Shown: positions 1-12,020, numbered from the stretch's first letter. The stretch: 64,000 nucleotides of DNA from Eukaryota sp. TZLM1-RC (GCA_040285825.1 JAUPSS010000004.1:806001-870000); one strand, 5' to 3'. Program-made: numbers and translations. The notes: a model not told the origin generated them from the letters alone.

Positions 1-1254
1 CAAGTTTCTCAACGTGAATCTGAAGGTGTTCAAAAGATTAATCATTTAGAGGCTGAATTATTAGAGGTTGGTAAATCATTTACGAACGTTAATCACGACT
101 TAATTAATGCTCAAAAAGAACTTGAAAATACTAGAAATCAACTCTATTTTTATAAATCAGAAGCAGAATCCTTATAGACCCAATTGACTTATTTTAATCA
201 AAAATTACAAGCCCATTTTCATCATTCAAATCAACGTATTAATGCACTACAATCAGAAATTCAAACAAAGATTCAGTCTTCAAACTTTGAGAACAGCCGG
301 AAAAGAAGAATTGAGAATGTTGAACCAATGAAAAGAAACAATAATTCTTCGTTAACTGACATTAATAATCAGAAAGTCAATGGTTGTAATTTTGATGAGA
401 ATTTGGATGGTGGTTTTGAAAATTCGGTAAATGCAGTTACCTCTGCATTTGCGCCTGAACAAATGTGTCAGGAGGGGCAAAAATTTTTCCAAGATAAACA
501 CTACCAAGAAGCAGTTTTTTGGTTTCAAAGAGCAGCTGAAGCTGGTAATACAGCTGCTATGTATAATTTAGGCTCTTGTTATAGAAATGGTAAAGGTGTT
601 GACCAAGACCATCAACAAGCATTTTATTTGTTCCAAAAAGGTGCTGAAGCTGGTGATGAAGATGCTATGTATAATTTAGGCTGTTGTTACGGAAATGGTA
701 AAGGTGTTGATCAAGACCATCAACAAGCTTTTCATGAGTTCACAAATGCTGCTGATGCTGGTCATGCTCGAGGTATGAATAAATTGGGTTTTTGTTATAC
801 CCAAGGCCTTGGTGTAGAAAAGGATTACCGGCAGGGTTTCTATTGGTATAACAAGGCAGCTGAAGCTGGTAATACAGCTGCTATGTATAATTAAGGCTGT
901 TGTTATAGAAATGGTAAAGGTGTTGACCAAGACCATCAACAAGCATTTTATTTGTTCCAAAAAGGTGCTGAAGCTGGTGATGCTCGTGCTATGGTTTGTT
1001 TAGGTCAATGTTATTGCAATGGTCATGGTGTTGAACAAGACTATTCTCAAGCAGTGTTTTACTGCCAAAAAGCTGCTGAATTGGGTGATGGGGTTGGAAT
1101 GTGCAATTTAAGTGTTTTTTATGAACACGGTTACAGTGTACCTAAAGAACTTCATCAAGCTATTAAATGGTACGAAAAGGCCAAGAATGCTGGTTTTTCG
1201 AGTGCTACTGAAAGGCTAGAAGATTGTAAAAGAAAGCTAGCCAGTTGTTCATGA
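1..1254 (+). pseudogene. Coiled-coil plus SEL1-repeat protein, 5' end outside the window, with two in-frame stops
   Basis: One reading frame from base 1 to TGA at 1252-1254, interrupted by TAG (175-177) and TAA (892-894; the sister repeats read TTA here). About six 36-aa SEL1 units of the form AxxxLGxCYxxGxGVxxDxxQAxxWFxKAAExG. A near-identical ~127-bp block lies at ~532-658 and ~856-982, three repeat units apart. Confidence 0.9.
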
Positions 1255-1321
1255 AGTAGAAGATTATAAAGTATTGTGGTCTATTCAATAAATAACTTTG
1301 CTTATTGATGCCATAAAAATA

Positions 1322-1890
1322 ATATTTATTGAACATGCACACTTAATTAAATTAATTCATAACTAATGGGACGACTATCATTGAACCAAGATTTCCTCTA
1401 CAAAATCTTGATCTGCTTGCTGTCTAGCTAGAGCTCCTCTTATTTGATTGAAAAACCGAGGTAATCTATTAATAATGGCAAATTGAATTCGAGAACGCCA
1501 TAAAGAAAATATAAAATCTTTTCATTGTTTTTTCTTGAACCATTTTTTGGAAGTCATTCAAAAAAGTTTCTGCTTCAACTGATTATCTTCCGTTTATCGA
1601 AAATGGGAAAGCATCTAAAAACTAGCTGTGTATTTCTACCAGCATTAACCTCTTCAATATCTTTATCATACTTTCTATGTTAATCTTTTGTTTTAAAATC
1701 AAGAACAGTCACAGGATTAAGTTTTCTCCTGTGAACCAAAGTATCATTTGCAGCATTACATGAGACAAAGTCAACAATAGCTTCAGAATTATCAATCCAA
1801 TCACAGTATACATCACCTCTATCATCAGAACAAAAATTATTCAGAGAAAATGTTTCCTTCAGCAGAGGCTCTTTGATACACGATATTCTT
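1322..1890 (-). mobile_element. 3' fragment of non-LTR retrotransposon family B (restriction-like endonuclease end and 3' UTR)
   Basis: Reverse complement closely matches ~61000-61560, e.g. gatgatagaggtgatgtatactgtgattggattgataattctgaagc and agctagacagcaagca..tcaagattttgtagaggaaatcttgg. Confidence 0.9.
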
Positions 1891-3119
1891 TCATACAGAA
1901 TTCAATTGGCTAATGCTAATCAACAGTTAACGGCAGCTGAAGCTGATCAAAATCAATTACAAGATCATAATCAAATCCTTACCTCGGAGCTTCAAAAACT
2001 CCGTGATGAAAGTACTGCTCCATTTGAAAAATTGAGCCAACGAGAAACTCAGATTAAAGAATTGGAAGCTGAGTTGCAGTCTGCAAATGCTTTAGTCACT
2101 AAAAGTCAACTTGAAAATGCTGATCTTCGTGCTGCATTACAAAACAAGGAAAAGAAAATTTTTACTTATAAAAATCAATTAGAAGAAGAGATTACTGTAC
2201 TCAATCAGCGACAATTAGCTTGAATTTCTGATTTAGAAGAACGTAAACAAAAAAAATTTCTCAACTCAAGAGTTTTTGTGAAGAGAATCTTAATACATTA
2301 CGATCAAATCTTGACGAACTTTCTCAACGTGAATCTGAAGCTGTTCAAAAGATTACTGCACTTTAATCCGAGTTATTAGTTCATGCTGACCCAATGAAGA
2401 AGGACAATGAAGTTTTAATTAATGCTACAAATGCACTTGAAAATATTAGAAATCAACTTAGTATTTATAAATCAGAAGCAGAATCATTGAAGATTCAACT
2501 GTGTGATGCTCAACAAGAATTACAAGTAGCTGAAGTTCATCAGACTTTGTTTTCAACAAATCTCAAGGCTTCGTATAACCTCCGACGTAGCCGACCTAGT
2601 TCTCAACGTTGTATGACTACTGGCCTGGATGTCAAACCTTCGTGGCTACAAAAAAACTTTAAAAAACCTACAAGTTGCTGCCTTTTCAGCGGTGCACTTT
2701 GTGCTTGTGATTAGTATTTAGCCCATTCACTACACCTGAAGCACAAAAATGTCATAGGCTTGGGACTTTATGCTGATCAAACCATTCCCAAACATCAACT
2801 TATTTGTCCATATAAGGGCAAGAGGAAGTATTTTGACAGCCATAAAGAAGCTGTAAGATATTGTGACAGTATTATTTCTAGATATTGCATTGTTTATCGT
2901 TCAGGATTAGGGCCTCATCCGTATCTAGTAGTTGATAGTAGAGAATCATTGAAAAAATATGGATTTGCATAGTTTGCAAATCATTCTAGAACTCATCAGA
3001 ATGTAGAAATTGCTGTTGTAGAAGATTTATTAATTCTTTACTCATTACGAAAAATTGAACAACATGAGGAATTGTTGATAGACTATGGGCCTCAAAATGG
3101 TGAATTTTTGGTTGTATGA
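1891..3119 (+). pseudogene. Coiled-coil plus SET-domain protein remnant
   Basis: Coiled coil homologous to bases 1-180 (SQRESE...LINA..LEN.RNQL..YKSEAESL). From 2394 one frame gives GLGLYADQTIPKHQLICPYKG...GFA*FANHS...EELLIDYG, the SET motifs, with TAG stops at 2712-2714 and 2970-2972. Confidence 0.8.
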
Positions 3120-3821
3120 GTAAACTGTGATTGGTAATGTGTGAATTATTAAGTGTAGATAAACCAAAAATTATTAATTTGGCAATTTATTCAGAAAGTT
3201 GATCACATGCAAAAATATTTATACAAAATAATAATATCTAATATAGAATTTTATTTTTATTTTGATTCAATTTTCCAACTTTTGCAGTTATTATTAATTA
3301 TTCTATTAATTAATTATTAGTTACACATGTGAAAAGAGTGTTTTTGCTTGTTCTTGTGATAAAGAACTCGTTTGCTCACACAACAGGGGTAACGAGTGTA
3401 AAATGACTAGGTGAATTTGATTTTTAAGTGGTGGCAGTGTTAGCTGTGGCTAAACGTAAATTTCTTTTTTAGGAAAGTGGATCACGTCATCATAGCTTTA
3501 AATTCTAGTGTTTAGTTTTATTTCTTGATTTCTTATATTCTGTTCATAAACTTCTGTTTTTGTTTTTGTTTAGTGCACGAATGATAAAATGACTAGGGTG
3601 AATTTGAGTTTTAAATGGTGGCAGTTGGACAAATTATTTCAATGTCCTATTTCGATCAACTGTGTTTTTTTAAAACTGTATCAAACTTTTACAGTGCTTT
3701 GTTGGTTGAAATATTAGAAGTAAAGTAATGAAGTGGAGATGTTTACAACGATTAAATTTGATAATACGCACAGATAACATTGACAAATCACCGTAATCAT
3801 TAATTGACAGAACACACTGTT

Positions 3822-6222
3822 TTAAAACTCTAAACCTGCAATAAGTGTTGCAACAGGTGTAGAAAACGATCCAAAATGGAATTCTTGCATATAAAATTCA
3901 TCTTTTTCAAATAGCCGAAAGACACCAGATATTATGAAAATTTCTTGGTTATTGACCCACTGTAAGTGTTCCTCATTGCTCAATTTTTTGAGTTTGTTAG
4001 TCTCTTTTTTCCTCATCACATTCATCTTTTGATTTATTTTTTCAGATGAAATTTCATTTATTGATTTCGTTTCAATATCAATGGCAAGAACTGACCTTGG
4101 AGATTTAGCAGCTTTCAATTTAGCATTACGGTTTATTATTATTATTTTTTGCCTTTTTTTTGTGTGTTTTTTCCCACTGACCTTGGGCTTTTTCGGCTGA
4201 ACCTCAAATTTCGGGGTCTTTACATCAGTTCGAGGTATAGCTGAAATATTTGAAATTACACCATCAACTGTATTTTGCAGCAATAATTCCTCAGCTGACT
4301 GTAAAGCCCTTTGAGTCATATGAAGATTAAGTTTACGTCGTTTCTGTCTCACAGATTGAGTTGACGGTAAACTTTTAATGAACTCCTTGAATATTACATC
4401 TTGTTTTGTATCAATCGGTACAGAAGTTGAATCAACACTAAGTGAATAACTACACTGATGCATAGTTTTGGGTTTTCTAATAGCCCTTGAGGTAATTTTT
4501 CCCCTTTTTCTTCAGTAGCAGGTTCTTGTCTTACAATTTTTGCTGTTGACTTTTTTTTTCTGGGCTGACTTTCTAGTCTTGTTCCAGACTGTAGGTACTC
4601 TTCAACATCTTTGGTTCTAGCTTCTTTGATTTCCCTATCACTGCAAAGTTAAACATCTAAAATTTTTAAATTCATTCTAAATTCAGCCACGTTTAATCCA
4701 GATCCATATAATAAATCTTTAAAATTCACCAAATCCAAGTGGTGTCATTGGATTCATACACCTGCTTGGCCATAGCAGCGTACCAACATACAAACACCCC
4801 ACAATCATATCCATTAGCTTGTCGTGGTATGTCATTTAAAGTGACAATTGGTGTCAAGTCACCAAACTGATCAACTATCAATTTTGCACCTTCCAAATTA
4901 AGTGATTTAGTCAAAGCATCTAAATAGTAAAAACATTCCGTATTATTAAAATTTAAATGAAAACTAGAAGCCGTAACAATAGAACTAGTGTCAATAGAAC
5001 TAGTGGAATCAAAAAAAACCAACAAGTGCATAGTCTTTGAATCTTTGACAAAAACATTAACCAATGAAAAAAGGGAGTATTTATTGATTCAGATAAAATT
5101 AGCAAAGGATGTAATTTCTGAAAGAATAATGTTTGACCCATTAACAAATGAATTATCAGTAAATGACATTATTCATAGTCAAAGTAGTTTTGGTTAATTC
5201 AAAATGACCATCAGCAGCATAACGAAGAAAAACAGTTTCTAAATAAATAATAAAATCAGTAGTAAAATTTGAGACATCAAAATCAACAATATGGTTAACA
5301 AGAGTAATAAGAGATGAATTATTAATACCAACAAGAGTCTGGGACAGATGACCAATAAGTGAGGAATCAGACAAAATGACCTCTGAATTATCAACAGTAA
5401 ATGGGGAATCAGTAAATGTACAAACAAAACTTCATCAAATTTCTTGATCGTAACCAACTTCAAACAGACAAAAACTTAATAATTAATGATTACCCAGTCG
5501 TTTATGTATTTATAAGCAAAGACTTTGAATAAAGAGAATTGTTCTTGATATTTGGCAGAGATTTGACACTTTGCTTTTTGTCTTTTTGGTTTTAATTTTT
5601 GTTTTTGTTTTTGTTGGTTATTAGTACCCCTATCAATAACCACTATCAAACCCCATGACAAATGTCCCAAATACCCCATTACAAATGCTGGCCTTACACA
5701 AGAATTAATAATTTCAGCTTGATTCCAAAGAATAGTAGAATAATCAGTGATCATCATCGGATCATTGTCATTAATGATATCAATAACTATAACATTTAAA
5801 CCTTCAACATTAGAATCACTCTTTTCATCAAAAACTTTACCTTCAAAATTGTTGAATTCAACATCAGTAGTTGCAGTAAAATTAGATTTGGTTAATTCAA
5901 CATGTCCAGAAACTTCTAAATCTAGTATATCAACATTAGTAAAGGTAACATCTGCATTGTTACCAACAAGAGTATGGGATAAATGACCAATAAGTGAGGA
6001 ATCAGACAAAATAACTTCTGAATTATCAACAGTAAATAGGGGATCAGCAAATGAACAAATTACAGTGATAGTAGAGGTAGTTGTGACGTGGGTAGTGGGG
6101 GTGGGGGTAGTGTGGGTTAAAAAATCAGTGATGGTGTAACAACATTGGTGGAACAACATTGGAAGAAGGATAAACATGATAAGGGATTGATGAAGTATTG
6201 GAAAAAATGGGGGTGTAAACAT
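3822..6222 (-). pseudogene. Fragmented Ulp1/C48 (SUMO-protease-like) gene, possibly transposon-borne
   Basis: Motifs spread across frames: YINDWVIINY, FFHWLMFL (His), FFDS (Asp), PRQANGYDCGVFVC (Gln, Cys). Internal duplication SDSSLIGHLSxTLVG at ~5340-5410 and ~5960-6050. Lys-rich downstream ORF 3822-4463 may or may not belong to it. Confidence 0.7.
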
Positions 6223-6724
6223 TTTACCATATAAACATTTTGGTATGAAATTTGTATGAGTCCTTTGACAACACTACTGTGAGTGCAAATAAATGAAATT
6301 AATTAATTAGTTAATCAATTAATTAAATCAAGGTGGCGTGACATCATGTTTTCCTTATTCTGTGACCCTTGCTCGTAACAGCTGAAGATTTATTGGATAA
6401 CAATCATTGAATATTATTACCCAATCATCAGTTTGTGAAAATCTTTTGGTCTTGTTTGCACCATGCCACCATGTCAATTGAATTTACTTACAATACTAAA
6501 TTCACCGCTCTATCATTTTAAAAGTTTCCTGATTTTCTGGTTAGCATTAGATAGTGATGATGAATTTGCTATCATTTACGTATATTAAAATTGAACATCA
6601 CACCTCCCGCACAAAAAGAGGACTTGTTCAAATGGGGGGATGTTGTCCATTCAATCAATGGTGGTTTTGACATATCCTGTATTTTCTTTATTGTTTTGAT
6701 GACCAATGATATTATTGACAATAA

Positions 6725-6900
6725 ACACGTTTATTCTTGGAACAGACACATTTTAAAACTCAACTGAAAACCTTAACTAATGCTTTTACCTATTCAAACC
6801 CCATCAGTTGAATGACAGGAGGATTTGGTCGTTCACTTAAAGTACAACTCGCTTGTTGTAAAACTCTGTAATGTTATTACAATGGAAATAATATAACGAA
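6725..6900 (-). mobile_element. 3' end of non-LTR family C element, left half of the copy interrupted by element A
   Basis: Reverse complement matches ~17860-18030 (ttcaa.tgatggggtttga.taggtaaaagcattagttaagg). Confidence 0.8.
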
Positions 6901-9900
6901 AACTTATTTTTTTTTCTCACTTACTTTCAACGTCCTCCTTTTTCTTAACTTGACGTCCTATTGTCGGTTCGATTGAATTCCTCCAGTCTTAATGTCAGAC
7001 ACTCTCAATGATACTGACTGGACTGCAAAAAGTACCGAACGTGATCTTGACAAACCAACCTCCTCAACCACCAATCGTTCTCATTCTCCCCACCTGTCAC
7101 TCCATGCTAGAAAATCATTGGAAAAAAATTTAAATGAAAATTTTTCTAAACCCCGCCGCAAATGTAGTAAATGTCGAAAATCCGGACATAACATTGCAAC
7201 TTGTCCGCTTATTCAAAAGGAAAAACTGAATGCTCGTGCTGCAATTGCTGATTTAAATTTTTCGTTATCACACAATCCTAAAAATGAATTGTTAAGTGAG
7301 ATTCCCGATAACACTCCTATCAAAGAAGATCAAAAGGATGAAAAAAAATGTGTTTTTTGTCGAAAGCTTGTTGCTGTCAATGATTCCGGTCGACCTTTAC
7401 TTTTTTGTGATTCTTGTGTTGCTGCTGATCAGCTACGTTGTCCCATTCGTGTTCCTGCTCAGCTTAGCCTGTTGGCTTCGATACCTTTTGCTGTTGTTCT
7501 TCGTGCCTTTACTGAAAATCTCCGTAAAGGATTATGGGATGTTACGCCTATTTGGAAATTTTTTCTGAAAAAAGATAAAAAACTTTTATCGAAAAAATCA
7601 AATTTTAAAAAAAATGTTTTTTCGAAAGAAAAATTAGTGAGAAAATTAGCTTTAAAAGGACGCTTTGGATCTGCAAAACAATGTTTATTTTCTTCTGATT
7701 TAGCTGAATGTAATGAAACCACATTGTTCCAATTGAATCATCTTCATCCAGAAGAAAATTTTCATTGTACTAAACCAGATTCAGTTGATTATTGGCTGCA
7801 AAATCCTGTCAATGCTTCTGAGGTATTGAAACTGATTCAGCAAATGCCTACTGGAAAAGCTCCTGGGCCATCTTTGTTGAATTTTGACATGATCAAATCA
7901 GCTGTTGGACAGTGTCCTGAAATTGCTGACGATCTTGTTCTTTTTTTCAACAATCTTCTTTCGTTAAAAATTAAAGTCCCTTTTGAGATGACCAGTGCTC
8001 GCTTAATTGCCCTTAAAAAAAGTCAATCCAAAATCCGTCCAATTGCAATTGGAGAATCTTTTTCAAGAATTCTTGCGTCTCTTGTTTTCAATAGAATTGG
8101 AAAAAAAGCCAAGGAATTTTTCAGTCCGTTTCAATTTGGAATCAAGACAATTGATGGTGCTTCTTCTGCTGCTCTTTCGTCGGATGTGTTTTTTAATTCT
8201 AGTGATTCTAATTACATCTTCAATTTAGATTTTAAGAATGCTTTCAATTCTGTATCTCGTTCTTCCATTTTACCTTTGCTGCAAAAACATTTTCCTGAAG
8301 TTGAGCCTTTTTTCTATTCATTTTATGGAAAATCATCCACATTGGTCTATGAAAATTTTGACCTGCTTTCGTCTTCAGGTGTTAAACAAGGTGATCCACT
8401 TGGTCCTTTTTTCTTTTGTCTGGCAATTCATCCATTAATGTGCGAATTGAAAGAAAAATTCCCAGAAATAGATATTGTAGCATATATGGATGACATTTCT
8501 GTAATTGCTCCTATTACAATTCTGAAACAAATAGCAACTTTTATTCAACAGCGTTATGAAGATATTGGTCTCTCATTGAATATCTCCAAATGTTTGATTA
8601 TTGGTCATGAACCAATTGATTTTTTCATTAATGATGTCAATGTCCCCTTTATCAATTATGATCAGTCTGGTTTTCGTTTTTTGGGTTGTTATCTCGGAAA
8701 TATTGATGAAGTGAAAAGCCAACTTTCGACTCTGTTGACTCAATTTGGAAATGAATTAGAATCAATAGAAAATTTAAATATTGAGAAACATTTGAAATTC
8801 TTTTTCCTCAAAATCTGTTATTCTGGAAAATTTACTCATATTTTGAGATCAACATCACCATCAATTTCCTTGGAGTTCTGTCGCATTTTTAATGAACAAA
8901 GAACTAATTTTTTAGCAAAATTATTGGAAATTGATGCATCTCAGTTACGAAGCCACATTTTTTGTGGTACAAATTTTGGTGGTGTTGATTTTCATAAGTC
9001 AAGCTACCTTTGTAAAGCTGCCTTTATTGGAGGTGGAAAGAATTTTATTTATGAATTTGTGAATCGTTTTCCTGAAAAAATTCATCTCATTGAAAATTGT
9101 GGCAGCTCCTATCTTATTTCTTTGCAACAGGAAATTGAAACTCTTTCACCCAATATTTGGGCTAAATGTTTCCCCTCTGATCTTGTGGAACTTCCTTCAA
9201 GAAGCTTGCTCTCCTTACCATTGACTTTTGCAAAATTGCAGAAAAAAATTTTGAAAGTTTTAGAAAACTTGGATTATATTGTACGTCTTAGCTTGGCTAA
9301 GGAAAAAAATCCCGTTTTTGCAAACTTTTTGATTGATCTTGAAGACAGTTGCTCAAGTTGCTTAATCTCCCAAATTCCCAACATTTACGGCCTTCTACTT
9401 AATGATCACCAATGGACCACTGCAATGAGATTGAGATGTTTTCTATGGCCTTGTTCATTGCCAAATGATTTAATTTGTCGCTGCAAGAGTGGTGTTACGC
9501 TTTCCCATATTTTAAACTGTAAGTATTTCATAACTTATCGCTCACTTGTTCATGACTCAGTTCGTGATCAATTATATGCCATGTGCAAAAGTTTCAATAT
9601 AGAGGCATTTATTGAGCCACTAGTACGTAAGCTGTCTTCAGATCAAACTGATGATTCCTTTGGTAAAAGAAGGGCAGATTTAGTAGCTCCAGGGATCGAT
9701 GGTGTTCTCAATGTTGTAGACGTTGTCTCCGTGGATGTTTGCAAAAATTCTGCTGCTCGTTTAGTGTATTCCGCTGACTCGCCGTTATCTAACGCCGAAA
9801 AAAAGAAGATAAAAAAAATATGAAGAACCTTTGGCACAGTTAGGTAGAGTGGAACATGTGAAATATCAGTTTGTGCCGTTTGCTATTTCTCTTTTTGGCA

Positions 9901-10176
9901 ATATTGGTCCTTCAGGCTTGCACTTTTTGGAAAATTTTAAAAAAGTGTTACTGAATAGGTCTGGTAAAACAATGAACTCCACTTTCTGGTTAAATAGAAT
10001 TGTTTTTTGCATTTTCAAGTCCATTCCAACAATGATTTCAAAGGCACTTTTAGCTATTGGTGTAGAATATGAACGTAATGCTGTGAGTAGGTTCAGTAAT
10101 AGTGACGCTTGTTTGGAGGATATTGAATTCTAGATGGTTATTTTTATCTCAATAAATATTCCAGTTTTTAAAAAAA
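6901..10176 (+). mobile_element. Full-length non-LTR retrotransposon (family A), CRE/R2-like REL-endonuclease class
   Basis: 11-bp target-site duplication aatataacgaa at 6890-6900 and 10177-10187; AATAAA at 10151 followed by an A-run from 10170; single long ORF. Confidence 0.92.
6992..10133 (+). CDS. Retrotransposon ORF: CCHC knuckle, CxxC..CxxC finger, reverse transcriptase, zinc finger and restriction-like endonuclease
   Basis: CSKCRKSGHNIATC; RT motifs APGPS, RLIALKK, IRPIAIGE, QFG, DFKNAFNSV, GVKQGDPLGP, AYMDD, FLG; C-terminal CRC...HILNC, HDSVRD, RRADL...DV. ORFs 6992-9823 and 9831-10133 join if one A is removed from the A8 run at 9811-9818 (IKKYEEPLAQLG). Confidence 0.93.
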
Positions 10177-10540
10177 AATATAACGAACAAGAGCTTTCAA
10201 TAACGAAAAAATGATATTGTCCTTCCAAAGCAAAAATCGAAAATGCGACCAGTTTCCTTGAGAAGTTTTCCTAATTCATCTCAAAAATTGAGACCATCAG
10301 TATAAAGAGTATCAATAATAGAAATAGCAATTGGGACAAATTTGATGTTTCTACCTCTTGCTCGATTAAGACGTTGTAGAAGGGCTACGTATTTTGATCT
10401 CTTGAAAAGCTCTGCAACTTTGAGTAATTGTCAAATGTCAGAATTGGAACTTCTTTTCCATGGAGATAGGGTAGTTCAATCGATAATTATTTCAGTTCCA
10501 TCATACCATGAACAATGAACGTCACCTCGTTTTGATGTAA
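10177..10540 (-). mobile_element. Family C non-LTR fragment, right half of the interrupted copy
   Basis: Reverse complement matches ~17400-17860 (aaaatacg.agcccttctac.acgtcttaat.gagcaagagg.agaaacatcaaatttgtcccaattgct) and is colinear with 6725-6900 once element A and one TSD copy are removed. Confidence 0.8.
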
Positions 10541-10649
10541 TTTACATCTACATAGCATTTTATGGTGTAAAAAACTCAAATATTATCAAATTACCAACCC
10601 ATAATTGATACCTGCGAACCTCATTTAAATTTATATATTGTGGTAACAA

Positions 10650-10868
10650 GTCGTGTTATCCCTGACCTTGTTTGCCATCCCCTTGAGTAAAAGGTTTGGT
10701 CGGTCTTTGAACATTAGATACTACATACATGTGCCCCCAGAAAGCCTTCGGGCTTTGCCTTCCTTGTCTTATACCTTCCGAGGATTGCTTGTCCAGCCAT
10801 TCCCTCAGATACTACACGCAGATCCATTGTCGTCCACCACGGTGGGCGGCATATGGAACCTCCCTTTT
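10650..10868 (+). ncRNA. Candidate structured non-coding RNA of unknown class
   Basis: GC-rich island with a cUUCGg hairpin (10741-10756), a 10-bp hairpin with two G:U pairs (10828-10851), TATA-like tttatatatt at ~10630-10639 and TTTT at 10865-10868. No convincing ORF. Confidence 0.4.
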
Positions 10869-11198
10869 AATTCAACAACTGTATTTTAAGAGTGATAATG
10901 AGAACTAAGTAGGGTTGCGGAAAGTAAACCAACAAGACAACCTTAGCTTTAACAACACTGCTATTCGAATTGTGGATAATTGAGAAAATCAATAGATGTA
11001 ATTTATGTTCAAGATTTCAACACAACGTTGTGGACATTGTGTAGTTTGTTAAGTCATTCAATGGATTTCCACTACTGTTAAAACTCAAATGAACAAAATC
11101 GGTACAAAGACAGAGTACGCACCTTAACAATGGAGTCGACTTTGAACGTTTACTCTCATTAAGTCAAGACGCCAAATGCAGTCGTAACAGTGATTGGT

Positions 11199-11283
11199 TG
11201 GGACAAATAGGTAACAAAAAGTAAAACAGTTTATGTTTCTTGATGATGTTCTGGGTCTCGGGTTCGATTCCTAGTGTCCCCCA
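11199..11283 (+). tRNA. Degenerate tRNA-like relic (pseudogene or SINE head); isotype not assignable
   Basis: Consensus B-box ggttcgattcc at 11261-11271; gggaca (11200-11205) can pair with tgtccc (11275-11280) as an acceptor stem. D and anticodon arms do not fold. Confidence 0.3.
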
Positions 11284-11462
11284 TATGAAAATAAACAAAA
11301 CCGAAAACATCATCTTAAATGTATTCCTAGATTCAACAGTGTTTTACAGAATTTGGTTCAATCCAAATCAACCTTTTATAACAGATGTAACCATTTTGCA
11401 GTGCAATAACGTGTCCATGGCAGTGCAAGTGTATCTTTACAGAAAGAGATCTTTTACTGTAG

Positions 11463-12020
11463 ATGCACTGTAAATACCCCTCAAAAGCACTGTTGACTGC
11501 CATTTTTAGTAACTGCCCTTTAGACCTACCAATCATGCTAGAAGGAAACCACTATTCATCCGATATCTCCAATGAAATAGACCAAGTTCATCCTATTAGA
11601 CCTCCAAACTGGAGAACTGAGCTGTGTAGAACTTTTGTTGAGACTGGCTATTGCGAATTTGGAAGTTTATGCAACTTTGCTCACTCTGCAGATGAACTTC
11701 AGCCAAAGCATGTGCACCCACTATTCCGAACCCAAAAGTGCCTTTCTTTCTTCCGGAAAGGCTACTGCTGTTACGGTAACAGATGTAGGTTTAGCCACAA
11801 GGACAAAAGCCTCCCAGCTGGTTCCAAAAAGTACCAAAACGATCTTTCCCCTTCTGCTTGTATCATTAGTCCCAGTGCTTTTATCAAAATGCCAAACCCA
11901 CAGTCTGATGAAGAGGTGGAGAACTTGTACCCACCAAAACAAACCACTCGGAAAAGGCTCTCAGTTTTCAAGAGATTCACTCGATCTGTTGGAAAAGCTG
12001 GTGGTTGTGGAGTGATTTAG
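11463..12020 (+). CDS. Tandem CCCH zinc-finger protein of the tristetraprolin/ZFP36/TIS11 family
   Basis: Two C-x8-C-x5-C-x3-H fingers with WRTELC and FRTQKC lead-ins; C-terminal RLSVFKRFT resembles the TTP NOT1-binding motif. Start codon uncertain. Confidence 0.88.
   Translation: MHCKYPSKALLTAIFSNCPLDLPIMLEGNHYSSDISNEIDQVHPIRPPNWRTELCRTFVETGYCEFGSLCNFAHSADELQPKHVHPLFRTQKCLSFFRKGYCCYGNRCRFSHKDKSLPAGSKKYQNDLSPSACIISPSAFIKMPNPQSDEEVENLYPPKQTTRKRLSVFKRFTRSVGKAGGCGVI

Noticed and set aside
532-1200. CRISPR-like or satellite array
   Set aside because: The 108-bp periodicity is SEL1 coding repeats; there are no unique spacers or cas genes.
9811-9823. Programmed frameshift between the RT and the endonuclease tail
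   Set aside because: It falls in an A8 homopolymer. Single-base homopolymer differences also distinguish the tandem copies at 40-58 kb, so sequencing error or slippage is more likely.
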